Assembly (NCBI RefSeq): GCF_009834535.1
Contig: NC_045697.1
Span: forward strand, 65,722,001 to 65,786,000
Source: Camelus ferus
Taxonomy: Eukaryota
Direction: 5' to 3'
Length of the DNA stretch: 64,000 bases
Shown: piece by piece, positions 11,857-24,810 of the stretch
How positions within the stretch are numbered: position 1 is the first letter of the stretch
How the letters are laid out: the number at the start of each line of letters is the position of its first letter
Position numbers and translations under genes: made by a program
Notes under the pieces: model-generated
Seen by the model: the letters and a program-made list of their open reading frames with translations, nothing else
What the model was told of the DNA's origin: nothing
Databases searched by the model: none

Positions 11857-13835
11857 TCATTTAGTTGCCTCCAGGGAAAGAATTACTCATAAGGGATGCA
11901 GAGTCTCAGCCCAACAGCAATGTCTTCATTGTCAGGCGGCAAGAACAATTTTAGTATTTCATCATGCTCAGTCTCCAGTGAACTTTTTCAAATAGAGAAA
12001 CTGAACAAAGCAACTAAAAACTATTTTTACCTAAATTTGTGCAGGAACTCGAGACCACACGTTAACAAAGCTTTTTGGCCAGTTAGCAGAGAATGACACA
12101 ATGGATAAGGTGTTCTCCACATTTCCATGGAGACCCCAAGGTACTGGAGCACTCGCTGAAACAGGGGCACAAACAGGCATAATGCAGTGCCCGCCCAGGG
12201 GCAGTAGCAGCCCTCGCAGCCGACAGTCCAGCACAGCAACCTGGACAGCAGCAGTGGCAGCAATGGCTGCGTGAAGGAGGCACATTTATGAGACTTTTAG
12301 GTCCGAAAGTCTTAGGATCAGGTGGGAAAAAAAAAAAAAAAAGGCAAGAACTGGAGAATTGGAGGGAAAGGGCCACATGGCTGCTGAAACTACAGGAGTC
12401 CACGTAAAACTTTCACAGATGATTCCCAAAACTAATTGAAAGGAAAACTTAAAGAGGCTGGAGGTCCCACACTTACGGGTGGGGATGAGCCAGATTACTA
12501 CTGCTTGTATTCAAAACTGTCATCACACCTTCTTCCCTTGTGGGTATAGGCTGAAAAAAACAGATTACCTATGCACAAATCACTAGTAATCTTTTCTGTA
12601 TATTTAGGGGATATGGGCATCATATCCTACTTAATTAAAAAATATTATACACACTGAAGTTCAATTTGTCAAAAAGAAGGCTCTGAAATTAAAAAGAAAA
12701 TGTTAATTTGATAGATGTCATGCCTTACAAAAGGGGTGATGAATGGAAGGTTATATTACACGTTTTAGGCTTTTTAGATTTTACATTTTGCCGTAAATTT
12801 CTTTGCACTAGATGACTGGCAGTCTAGAATAAGACATCAGAAAGAGGAGATAAAATGAAGATTTATAGGCAGAGTGCAGACCCAAACCTAGCTGGGTCAT
12901 CGGTGGGAATTTCCATTCCTTTCTCAATCTCTGTTAAATTTTAAATTAGACTTCACTGTTAAGAGGGCTCAGTACTGAGGATGCAGAAACTAGTTCTTGA
13001 TAAGTTGAAAACCTTATCAAGATAAGAGATTTGACCCTTTTGTACTAAATGATTTTAAAGGAAGGCTATAATGGCCCCTTTTCATAATAGAATCTCTGAT
13101 TTACTAAAAAGTAGCTTTAATATATGATTCATTATTTTACATTTACAATACCAGCATTATTATGATAATAGTGTCAAAAATAAAGCACTATCCGTGATTC
13201 TTTTTTATGATCCAGAGTTGGAGGGCTTTGTGAAAAAAAAAAGGGGGGGGCGCTCTGGAATAATTAGAGTTGAATTTTAGAACATTATCCATATGAATTA
13301 TTTCTAACAAAGAGTAGTCTCATGTGAAAAGCAGGGGTATCCTATATTCCTAACTACATTTACTCAGTGTTTTAATGTCAGTTAGAATGCTATCTCAGTC
13401 AAAATAGCTCCTATATATGTAAAATTATGGTTATTTCTCAAGTTATACCATTTTTTCTTCAAGTGAAACCACATTTAAGTGGTGTTATTTTGACTTGCCA
13501 AGAGACACAGGTAGTCACCGAAATAAGTTTTGTATTACAAGACAGTGCTTGCAGTCAGAAAAAAAAAGAACATTCTCTATAATTTTGTAGTGAAAGAAAA
13601 ATAAAAGAGGCACTATTTAATTCAGGTAGATATTTGTGCATTAGAAATTACTGTGGACTAAATCATTTATTATTTTAGTTGAAGCTCCTATTAAGAATGG
13701 GAGAAATACTATCTATTGAATGGGCAGTAGACATGCATCTGCCCCTCAACTCGTAAGCAAACAACTTTAAGAATCAAATTTTTAAATTATATGTCAAGAA
13801 TTAGGAAATGTCTGAGATTTTATCCTATTTGCAAG

Positions 13836-14244
13836 TACCAAGTTTGCCCTGCCACAGTTTCATTGATGCTGGCGGAAGACACAAGACTCCTGGATCATAA
13901 ATGAAGAACTTGACTACTCATGGCAGAGTGACCGACATGAGCTTCATGTTTTCAGGTTTTCCTTGCCCCCAGGTCCTATGGAGATAAGGCAGAAGCAGGT
14001 CCAGAGGGAGCCTGCTCACACAGTGGGTTTAGAAACATCCAGTCTTACTTGGGGACTGCTAGGAAGCCTGCCTAAACTTTGCCCAAGAGGGAGACATTAT
14101 TTCTATTGTCTAGTCAGGGAAAAAAAAAAAAAAATCTGCCTTTATCTCCCCAGGCTGTTTGCTAGACAAATATTCTTGAAAAGAGTCCAGGACAAAAGAT
14201 GTCACAAGACATGTATAAACAAAATGAAAAATTGCCCCTCAACA
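13836..14244 (-). mobile_element. LTR40-like ERVL LTR
   Basis: GGAAGACACAAGACTCCTGG...CATGAGCTTCATGTT...GAGGGAGACATTAT...GGCTGTTTGCTA...CTTGAAAAGAGTCCAGGACAA...CAACA (TG start on the minus strand). Confidence 0.7.
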
Positions 14245-14252
14245 AAATACTG

Positions 14253-14902
14253 CAGTAGAACCTCATTATTCACTTTTTTGTACCTGAGAATTCACTTACT
14301 TACTGAAATTAATGTGTATCCCTAAAATCAATACTTGCCACACTTTCACAGTCATAAGCAGACATGGGCAGAGTGAGTTGCCTGACACTCAAGTTCCCAG
14401 CTAAGGTCAACAGGGGGACTCACCGCCGTCTTGTTTTCTCTCTCATACAGAAGCAAGTGTCTTTTCTGTAGTCTGCCAAGTGTCATGTTCTTTGTATTTT
14501 TGTGCACTTTTTTTTTTTTGGTGATTTTGCTATGTAAAATGGCCCTGAATTGTGCTGAAGTAGGATTCCGGGCCTAGGATTCCTAAGTACAAGAAGGCTA
14601 TGGCATGTGTCAGAGAGAAAATAAGTGTGCTAGGTAAGCTTCATTCAGGCTTAAGTTACAGTGATGTTGGCAGTGAGTTCAAAGTTAGTGACTCAAACAG
14701 TACATATTAAATAAAATGTCTTTAGACAGAAATAATCCTAAAACAAGGTTATGTATTGATCTGTTGATGAAAATGTTGTGACCAGAGGCTCACAGGATCC
14801 TACCCCTGTATTTCCCCTAGGAGCAGTGGTCCAGTATTCGTTAATTCAGCGTATGTGGCAACATTATGGACCATCACTACTGTGTATAATGAGAACCAAC
14901 TG
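14253..14902. mobile_element. MER82 TcMar-Tigger DNA transposon, near full length
   Basis: Inverted termini CAGTAGAACCTCATTATTCAC / GTGTATAATGAGAACCAACTG followed by TA; internal AAACAAGGTTATGTATTGATC...GTGACCAGAGGCTCACAGGA...CCCTGTATTTCCCCTAGGAGCA. Confidence 0.88.
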
Positions 14903-14934
14903 TACAGTCAGTCTCAAACGGCAGCAACCCCGCT

Positions 14935-15600
14935 TCCACTCTTGCTCCCTTACAGCCTCTCCTCAACAAAACAGCGAGAGATCTTGTAAAACTGAAGCAT
15001 GATCACAGCTCAGCTCTGTTCGTTCTCCAGTGACTTTGCCCTCTCATAATCAAAAATAAATTTATCTCAGTGGTCCTACAGCGTATGAATCCCCATTTTG
15101 TGTCTGTGGCCTCTGGCCTCAGCTTCTTCCACTCTCCCCCTTGCTCATTCTGCTCTGGCCGCCCTGGCTTCCTTGCTGTTTAAGGAACACTCCAGGCAGT
15201 TTCCTGCTTCAATACCTCTGCACTTACTTTTCCTCTGCCAAAAAAGCTCTTGTTCTTTGCCCAGCTGTCTAAATGACTTATTCCCTCATCTCTTTTAGGT
15301 CTTTGCTAAAACATCACCTACACATTGAGGCCATCACTGACCAACCTACTTAAAATTGCAAGCCTGTCCCTCCCAACCCTAGTATTCCCCAGCGCCTGTC
15401 TCTGCTTTGTTGTTCTCCATGGCACTACCACCATCTGACGTCGTATAAATATTACATGTGCATTTGTTTACCTATATCCTTCCCAAAGTATGCAGGGATT
15501 ATTATTTTCTGTTTTATTCATGGCTATATACCCAGAACCTAGAACAGTGCCTGCCTCACAATAGATTGTTAATAAATGGTGATTTGATAAAGGAAATTAA
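14935..15600 (+). mobile_element. L2 LINE 3' region
   Basis: CTGGCTTCCTTGCTGTT...GAACACTCCAGGCA...; 3' end CCCAGAACCTAGAACAGTGCCTGCCTCACAATAG...AATAAAT. Confidence 0.85.
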
Positions 15601-17189
15601 AAATCTCTTGGAGTTTTCAGTGATTTTCTTTTTTGCCGTAGGGTAAGCTCTCCCTTAATCTGCTGCTAAAGAAAGCTCCTGAGAATATTTCTTCAAAACA
15701 GATAAATTAACAGTGAGAGAGGCAGAGCTCAAAAGTCTTGCTCAGGCTCAGCAAGGCTTGAAATCTAATTGGGAAAAGGTAGCAGGGTGTTTTCAAGCTG
15801 TCTTGAAAAGAGAGGAATAGCAAATCTCTTCATTTTTCACATTGACAACAATGTTTTTAGTAGCATGAGAGTTGATATTAGATTTAAAAATAACTTTTTT
15901 TTGAAAAAAAACTCTACTCACTCAAAAAAGTGTTGTCTCTGTAATTTCTTTGTCCAATAGTATCAAATCAAATAAATCCCTCATGAAGGAAAAGAAGAGT
16001 GCTTTTTCTTAGAAAACAAAACAATTAGAGTCTAGCTACACTGCCCGCAAAACATGAACTATTTCATTTAACTAACTGAGAACACAGCTTGATTTAAGTA
16101 CTAAATCAGGAAGCAATCTCCATTAATAAAAGGCAAGTCCCTTACAAGCATGTCTCTCTCTGCCCTAAACAGATACAGAGAGAGAACTCGTGGTGCTTTA
16201 GCACGTTGCCATAGACAGCCACAGATAAATGGAACAACTACGAGGCAAACTTTGAAACAGATGGTTTGGTTTGGTATGAAGGCTAGTTCTGAGTTTTACC
16301 ATCAGGTGGTTTTCTCATGCTATTATAATCCAAGTTTCTCTGGATCTCACCAACTGGGAGTGTCAGCAAGGCCACACCATCTTTAGGAACTTCAAATTCA
16401 CTAACTCAGTGCCCCACAGAACTTAGGACCCGCAGCCTCCCTTCAATGTTTCACACTGTTATTTTATGGGATTCCTTAGGTGGGTTATTTTGTGTGCTCA
16501 TGAAGAGTCCTCTCAAGATACTGCATCTGCTAGTGTCCCCAAAACCATTTGAAGGTAGCATTTTGGCTGCCCAAGCTCAACCATAAAAACACACATCAAC
16601 ACACATGACACCAAAGGTGTCATCACTTGAAAGTCAAAGCAGAGCCAGTTTTCCCACAGCCCTCACTACCCTGGAGCCATGCTGCAGCCCAGGTGAGAAT
16701 GCTGCTCTCCTGAGCTGGGTTACACTTGGATGCTGTGTGAGAGCAGCGCTTCTGTCTGCTTCTGCTGGCAGCCTTTTTGTGTGAAGGACTTGAACAGGTA
16801 TGCGGTCTGGCAGACTCATATACATACATATATACATGTATAGAAATATAATATGACCCTGAAGTAAGAGCCATAAGACGTAGATAATGCGTTACTGGAA
16901 TACCAAGGAGATAGAGGACTCTAGAAAGAAAGGCTTCATGATAGGAGGGGCATTTATGTAGACCTCAGTCTGTAAATATTTTATATGTGTCATTATTCAT
17001 ATTACTTAATTTTTGGCTAGAAAATCTCTTTCCTCAGTTTCCCTGAGCCTGTATTTCAAGAAGGCAATCTAAAACTCTAAGGTATTAGTGGTCTCACGTA
17101 AAATTTTTCTTATATATGAAGTAGTTATGTATGGTGTCCCACTGAGAAGATCTGAAAGACTGCTTTGGTCTAGGCTATTTGTGATAACC

Positions 17190-18725
17190 CTTTTTCATAT
17201 ATCAAATATTACAAATATTTCTGACCAAAAAAATCCTACTTTGATGGAACCTGCATTCTCATGCTATGAAGGACAATAATCAAGATAAGGGGGAAAATGA
17301 GTTGGGTGGGATGTGGGTCAGTGGTTAATCATTTGCATAGAGTGGTCGAGGATAGACTGTCTAAGTGACAGGCCAGCAGAAACCTGAAGGCGGTGAAGGA
17401 ACAAGCCATGTAGATATCTTGGGAAGAACATTTCAGACGGAAGGACTGGCAATGCAGAGGCCCTGAAATGGGCATAATTAGCACGCTCAAGGAGTAGTAC
17501 AGGTGTAGAGCCCAGCAAGTAAGAGGGGAAGTGGTGGGAGCTGCAGTCAAAGAGGTAGCCCAGGGCCAGGTCACATACAACTTTATAAGCCAATGTCTTT
17601 GCTTTTTTTAATCTTTTTTTATTGAGACATAATTGACATATTAGTTTCAGATGTACAGCATGGTCCAGTATATGTATATACTGCAAAATGATGACCAAAG
17701 TCTAGTTAACATCCATCACCACACATAGTTGCAGAATTTTTTCCTTGGGATGAGAACTCTTAAGATCTGCTATCTTAGCAACTTTCAAATATACAAAACA
17801 TTCCTATTAACTGTAGTCATGATGCCACACATCACATCCCCATGACATTTACTTTATAATTGGATATTTGTACCTCTTGACCCCCTTCACCCATCTCACC
17901 CCCCATCCCCCACCTCTGGCAACTACCGATTTGCTCTGTTCTCTGAATCCATGCGCTCAGTTTTTTGTTTTGCTTTTTTGTTTCTTTTTTTTTTTTAGAT
18001 TCCATAATAAGTGGAAGACAGATAGTATCTGTCTTTCTCTATCTGACTTATTTCATTCAGCCTAATGCTCTCAAGATCCATCCATGTTATCATTAATGAC
18101 AAGATTTCATTCTTTTTATGGCTGATATGATATTTTCTTTATCCACTTATCCATTGGGGAACACTTAGATTGCTTTCACATCTTGGCTATTGTAAATAAA
18201 GCTGCAGTGAACAAGGAGGTGCAGATATCTTTCAAGTTAGTGTTTTGATTTTCTTCAGATAAATACCTAGAAGTGGAATTGCTGGATAATATGGACTTTA
18301 GTTTTAATTTGAATGAGATGGAAGGACATTAGAAAGCTTTGAGCAGAGAAATAGTGCTGTCTGAATCAAGGTTTAAAAAGATCACAGTGAATGCTTGGTT
18401 GTGGCAAATGATAGTGGACAAAGTGGAAGCAAGGAGACCAATTAGGAAAGCTTGTGTAACATGTGATTGTGACTTGGGCCATAATGGCGGAGCAAAGGGT
18501 ATATGAAGTGGTCCCATTCTGAACAAATAAAACAGAACTTGCTAACAGATTAGATGTGAGGTTTGAAAGAAAGGGAAGAGTCAAGTATGACTCCAAGGCT
18601 GATGGTGTGAACAACCAGACAGTAGAGTTGTCATTTAATGGGATGGGAAACCTATAGGAGGTACATATTGAGGCAGATGAAGACATGAAAATAGAGAAAT
18701 CAGTCCTGGAAAATATGACCTTTGA
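17190..18725 (-). mobile_element. L2 LINE split by an L1 insertion
   Basis: L2 motifs (GACCTGAAGG-like, GATATCTTGGGAAGAACATTTCAGAC, CAGGGCCAGGTCACA) at 17190-17595 continue collinearly at 18295-18725 (TTTGAGCAGAGAAATAG...GGAAGCAAGGAGACCAATTAGGAAAGCT...ATGACTCCAAGG). Confidence 0.85.
17600..18292 (-). mobile_element. L1 LINE 3' portion (laurasiatherian, L1MA9-like lineage)
   Basis: T-rich tail then ATTGAGACATAATTGACATA...CTTAGCAACTTTCAAATATACAA...TCTGACTTATTTCATTCAGC...TCCATCCATGTT...AGAAGTGGAATTGCTGGAT. Confidence 0.92.
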
Positions 18726-18734
18726 CGCTTTGGT

Positions 18735-18908
18735 GATTTGGGTCAGATCTACTATCACTCTGCTGCTCATTATATGATGTTCAGTATTAGCTCAGCTCTT
18801 CAGAGGCTCAATTTCCTTACCCGTATCATGAGGATAATAGAACCCAACGTGTAAACTAGTTATCGTGAGGATTCAGCGAAGAGCAGATATAAAGTACCTA
18901 AAACACAA
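18735..18908 (+). mobile_element. MIR SINE
   Basis: CTCAATTTCCTTACCCGTATCATGAGGATAATAG...GTGAGGATTCAG...ATAAAGTACCTAAAACA. Confidence 0.7.
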
Positions 18909-18937
18909 ATTTTAACAGACGCTAAAACAAAACAACG

Positions 18938-18959
18938 TGTGTGTGTGTGTGTGTGTGTG
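18938..18959. repeat. (GT)n microsatellite
   Basis: About 11 GT units. Confidence 0.95.
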
Positions 18960-19401
18960 ATTAATGGGATTTATCATAATCTTCGTGAGATTAGATGTGA
19001 GGTTTCTTATAGTACTGTGAGAGTTATTTGCAGAAAATTTTCTAGGATTTTGTCAGAATGAGATGAATTCTAATTAAACACTTAAGAAAGGAGATCTCAT
19101 CCCATATCGTCCAGTACCCATGTTCCTCATAGCAATTTGTCCTTTACTTTTTAGCTCCTTTTCTGGCTTTATTATTCACAGTATGCTATGCTCTTTCATG
19201 GGTGTTTTAGGGTTGTTTTTTTTTTTCCTCATCACTTGGCCAGAAAGCTAAAGCATCAATCAGTCTGGTAAACTTTTGTACAAACCACTAAATGCATGCT
19301 TAGTTTTACTCTTTTGGAATTTATATAGTGCCTCAGATCATCAAGGCATCAAGATACTATTGTAATTTATTTGTTTCATTTTCTCCAAAATTATTAATTT
19401 A

Positions 19402-19440
19402 ACACCACATTGTAAATCAACTAAACCTCAATTAAAAAGC
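19402..19440 (+). mobile_element. Extremely 5'-truncated L1 3' end with a 15-bp TSD
   Basis: ACACCACATTGTAAATCAACTAAACCTCAATTAAAAAGC flanked by AAAATTATTAATTTA at 19387-19401 and 19441-19455. Confidence 0.85.
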
Positions 19441-21239
19441 AAAATTATTAATTTATACTCTCCTTCCTAAATATCTTGTTTACTTTTAAATAGATTATTA
19501 TTGTATGTGGGGTACATGTTAGAACTGTTCTGAATTAAAAACTGAATAAACATCTTTATTCTCAGAAGGACAGACCAACCTGACACACTTCCCTGACAGA
19601 CAGTAGTGGGTTTTGATTTGGGCTCAGTCACTCCATCTCCAACATCAGGGCCTGTCAGCTGCCCACGTTTCCTACTTATGAGTTTCCTCAAACTGCACCT
19701 CACTAGGTCCTTACCTCACTCATCCTCCCCGCTTTTCACAAGACATTCTTCCGCTCTCTTTAAGGTGGGGTTTTTTTATACACCTGTCCTCCAGTCTTCT
19801 CATAAAGCTAGTCCACAGACAGCAGTAAGAACTGCCTCACTTCCAGTGTGCTCCATCACCTCAAAATCAGTTCTTTGTTATACTTAGCACCTAAGTCAGG
19901 TGCCAGCAAAGTACCTTTTAAAGCTGGTTTTGATAGGTCTGAGTGCTCTGAGTTTTACATTCATTATTTGAATGTACCACATTTTTTGTATCTTCTTATA
20001 GGTCTGCCCCCTTAAATGCCCATCTTCATCTACCATGGTCACATCTGTTTTCCCCTCAACCCTACTTTTGAGGTACCCTCTGAATTTACATGTCACCATG
20101 TTTTTTAATACTCCCTTTCTGAAACATCTCTATCTCTCCCCCATATAAAGTTTTACTCAGTTTCCAAGGTTCGTTTCTAATAACTGTTTCTTCCTTAGAG
20201 TCATTGTGTTCTGCACTCACTCAGCCCTACTGCGTGTAACAGAGTAAACCTTATAATGTAGTACTTGTGTGCGTGTCCTTGCTTGACCATAAGCCCCCAA
20301 CAGGCAGGCACAGTAACTGGCCTATGTTTCATTTCCCAGAATTCTTTGTATGTAATTGATAGTCAGCAATGTCTGTTGAGATAATATATTTCTTTTCTTA
20401 ATGTCTTTATTTTTTATCTGCTACGTCTTCATTGTCAGCATTGTTCTCGCGTAACAGTCCACATCAGTTTTTTTGCTACCAGACACAGTTTCAGTAATGC
20501 AAGAAGTTTGAGCATCTTCTATATGACTTTTAATGAATTTGGATTTAGGAATGCAGTGAATTCATGCATAACAGTTTGCTTAGAGGAGCTTAAAGTATGG
20601 AAGGAAAAACTCACAGGTAAATAATTAGTATGTTATGTGACATATATACTGTAATGGTAGTTATATTTTTCAGAGTGGTATCTGAGCAGCTAAAGAGTTT
20701 CAGAGGTTCTTTTTCTCTGGAGTTTGGGTGAATTGAAGAGTACAGTAAATACGTTAAGCACCTAGAACAGTGCCCTGCATATGGAAGCCACACAAGAAAT
20801 GCTGTTTCTTGAATTAATTATATGTGGCAGCTAGAAGGTAAGTTCAGAGGACAGCAACAGGGTAGGGCTACTGGTAAGGCACTGTCAGTGCACTGTGATG
20901 TCAATATCGTTTTCCTGCCTTATCGTAGACCTCAGCTTTCAGTTACTTACACCCTTGGTTGAGGACTCCCTGGATCTCACCTGAATGAGACAATGAAAAG
21001 AATAAGACTGAGTAGTCTCCCAGATGACTAAGATCGCTTCCTAACAGCGTTTCCAGAAGCTTCCCCCCAAAACAGCTACCTTTAAAAATGGACCTACAGC
21101 ATTAATGTAAGAAAGAAGGAAAGAAACAAAGTTATTATGAAATTATTTTTAACTATTAGAACACTTCTTTAAATCACTGTCAAATTTTAGGTTGGTATCA
21201 GGTGTTTTAATTTTATTCGTGATGAAATAAACTTTTCAT

Positions 21240-21545
21240 TCATCAGTTAGTAATTGACTTATGAATTCAACACACATCTATTGCAAACCTATTATGTGAT
21301 GGTTTCTTTCCTAGGATCCAGAAATACAAAGACAAATAGGATTACTCTTGCCTCCAATTAGCCTATTCCAAGTGATTGAAAAGAAAAATAAATAAAACAA
21401 CTCATTATATCATGGTAAGAGTTCAGTCAGGGGTATCCATGGGTTTTTAAACAGAACAGAGAAGAAGAGCATCTAAATCAGGTTGAGAAGCAAAGGGAAA
21501 GGCTGTTTGAAAGAAATGATGTGCTTGAACTGATTTTGAAGCACA
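21240..21545 (-). mobile_element. L2 LINE 3' fragment
   Basis: ATTCAACACACATCTATTGCAAACCTATTATGTG...CTAGG...ATACAAAGACAAATAGGA. Confidence 0.6.
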
Positions 21546-22709
21546 AAGCTAACGTGACATAATAACTAGCTAGTGGAACCATTTGACCAAGTACATCCAG
21601 GTTCCCATTATTTTATGTTAGATTTCCTTCCTCTTTTTTTTTTTTTTTAATCTATGCTTTTCTTGGCCTTAAGTGATAAGCAGGAGGAAACACCTTTGGA
21701 GAAGACTTATATCTACTGCCTTTGAAGAAGCATAATTCTAACATGAAGTACCTTTTATGAGCTTAAATGATCAAAAGAGAAGCCTGCTGAGATGGGCTTC
21801 ATAGGGAGCGGTGGCTTTAAGAATCAAGAGTCCTAGGATAAACCATCTGTCTGCCACCAGATAGGTGCTATGAAAGTAAATCACCGTTACTTCTGTTTCC
21901 TGAAAATGCACTCTTTTACCAGGTCTTACATGAATATACTGATAAAGATTTTAGCCATAAAACTTACAAAGTAACATTCTCATATAAATATAATAGCTTC
22001 TATTCTATGACAGAGATGAGATTGAGGAACTGAATTTGTTGAGTCACATAGCCACTGTTTCTTTTGTTTAAATTCACCATGTGAAATAAGATTTAATATA
22101 ATTCCATGTAAGACTAGCACAGTGCTTTGAGACGGGTTCCAAGTATTTCTGAGTGATTTAAAACAGTGGTATGTTGTATGCCTATTTCTTTTCAAGATGA
22201 TCAACTATAGCAATGTCTTTCACCTTTATTATCTCTAAGGTGTTTCCTTAAACCTTAGATGCTTAAAAAATTAACATTTTTCTCTTTATTCTTATATGAA
22301 CCAGAGACATGATGAATTGTTATGCATTAACTGTAGCCGATAATAGCTCTGTAATGTTTTAGTATTCTGCCACAATCAGGTAATTTTTATAATTTTTCAT
22401 ATACCTAAAGCTTTCTCCTCAAATATTACACACTTCTCTGCCTTTATAAACAGAGTATTTTAATCTGGGATGATCATTATGAAAATGTATTCTTTCACTG
22501 TGCTTTAATACTATGATACCGTTAGGTATTAGTGAGATGTACATATAATTACTCTCTCCTGCACTCAATGACCTTTGAGTTCTATTATCTGATTTTCATA
22601 TAGGTTCTTCTTTGCTATCAGACTGTTTACCCTCACTTTTTATAATTCCTATTGCCACCTCCCGTTTCAACACTCCCTGTTATATTATGCTATTTCAAAT
22701 GCAGTTTAT

Positions 22710-22870
22710 CTTAGCAAATATTAATTGAGGATATACTACGTATTAGGCACTGTACGAAGTGCTAGGTTTCAAAGATAAATAAAACATTGTCTCAACCTTT
22801 AAAGAGCAAGAAAAAATAGAGATATGAAAAGGTAATTACAATTCTGTGTGAGAATTGCGATGAATAGCAT
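22710..22870 (-). mobile_element. L2 LINE 3' fragment
   Basis: CAAATATTAATTGAG...TACTACGTATTAGGCACTGTACGAAGTGCTAGG...AAAGATAAATAAAACA. Confidence 0.7.
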
Positions 22871-24810
22871 TTTGTTCTGTGGACAATGTGATGTGTTTCT
22901 CCTTGGCCTTGCCAACGTGGGATGGCCTGAGACAACTGCAGGGCTCAGTACCAGTGCACCAGGGAAAAATTCAAAGCAGAGTTGTTTGTAGTGCATCTCC
23001 CATGGAGAAAGATATGTGCCATTAAAAAATAATAGAATACATTTGTAAAAGTTTTGTCAAAATAAGGAGAAATAAAGTAAGATTAAGGACACGTTCCTAG
23101 TTTATGAGCTTTGCATATTTACTTGTGACATCTGTTTTGACCATTTGGGGCCTTTTTTTGGCTAACTTCTGTTTCTATAGCAAGTACAAAACAGTTTGGA
23201 GTATTCAGTGAGTGAAACCCCAGTGAGTGAAGGGCTAATGCATTTATTATGAGAATTTGTTTTGTATTATGTTACACATATCCCATTTTATTATAGTGTG
23301 TCATATTTTATTGCCACTACCTTTCCACTATTACATAGCATTTTCTAATGAGAAAAAATTTCAAAGATAATGTGAGACATACAGATATAGCCTCTGAGTT
23401 AATGTGGTGGTCATGTTTCTAAATATGCTTTCTATATGAAAAAATGTGTTTATGATGGAGTCATATATTAGAACCTTATAATCATGCATGGAAAATATGT
23501 CTCTGAGCATTAAATAGTCAATCTTCTGAAAATTTCTGGTGGCAAAAATATTCTTGTCTTTTCATATTTAAAATAGCTTTCTTTGCATAATGTATACTAC
23601 AATAAATTATTATCATTATCATTAGAAATAATATGTTACCAGACTTATTTTGGAACTCTGCTGAAATTCCTACATATTTTGAAAAAATTTTAGTGATATG
23701 CATGAAATTAACTACACTGTCATTAAAGTAAATAGTAATAATAATAATAATGAAACTATAATATATTCAGCCTTTGAGCTGGCTGAATTTCAATTTAACC
23801 TCAAAGTTAGAACTTCGTCTACTTCACTTCATTCCCTTGCATAACATTCACATAACACTCCCACCGGTTACATTTTTATTTCATGTAATGATTTTCAAGA
23901 CGGTGGGTGGAGAGGGCATAAATCAGTTTCTCCAGGTGGTATATGTAGTTTGAAGTTATTACTACTCAGAATTTTTCTGTTTCCACTCCACATTACTTCC
24001 ACTGGGCTCCCACCCTCCCTCCACCTCCTCTGTTGCACATGCACATGAGAAAATCACTACAATAAAATTTGAAGATTATTTGGGGCTGGAAATTTTTCAA
24101 AGCGCTAGTCACTAATTGGCTATTGTGACTGTTTTCAAATCCCAATGAAACATCTAATTTCTAGCAGTATAACTTTTTGATGAACTCTCCAGGATAAATT
24201 AGTGGCAAAATGTTACCGTAGTGATTAGAGTCACGTAGAGTTTTTGCATATAAACCAGTAAAGCTAGCCAAAAATGATGATTTTTTTAACATTTACAGCA
24301 GTTATCATAAACCATTCTTCCCTTGGGCTAGTTACAATTCTGGAACGATTGTTTATTAGAGCCAATGATGATATGGTTTTGTTCTTCTCAGCCTTAATAC
24401 CTGATTATGTCAGGAGACTATTTCTATGAACCCTGAGACCCAAGGTGATACTAAGCTGAATTTAAGGAAAGTGAAATCCTATAATGAATTCATGTCTCAG
24501 TATAAAACTGTTTCCTGCCCAGTAACAAAGACCCAAAAGGGAGCAACAAAAATGATATGGTATCTAACACACTAATAAAGAGAATAACAACCATCAGTAG
24601 TGGCCAAACCATCACCAAACCCCATTTGCACCTCATAAAAAATCCTGGCCCCATAAGACCTTGCTTTACGATTTATCAAAAACAAAACTGTGGCATTCCA
24701 GGAGCTGAATGACTTGCTTGTTTAATAAGTGGGTTACAGTGATACTTCCATATAACATTCAGAGTTCTAAGTACTTTTGGATCTGCCCCTGGAGGCAAGG
24801 GGACAGCTGG

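Noticed and set aside
11315..11860. Longest ORF in the track (181 aa, minus strand)
   Set aside because: It lies antisense within the MER21 LTR and shows no recognisable protein similarity.
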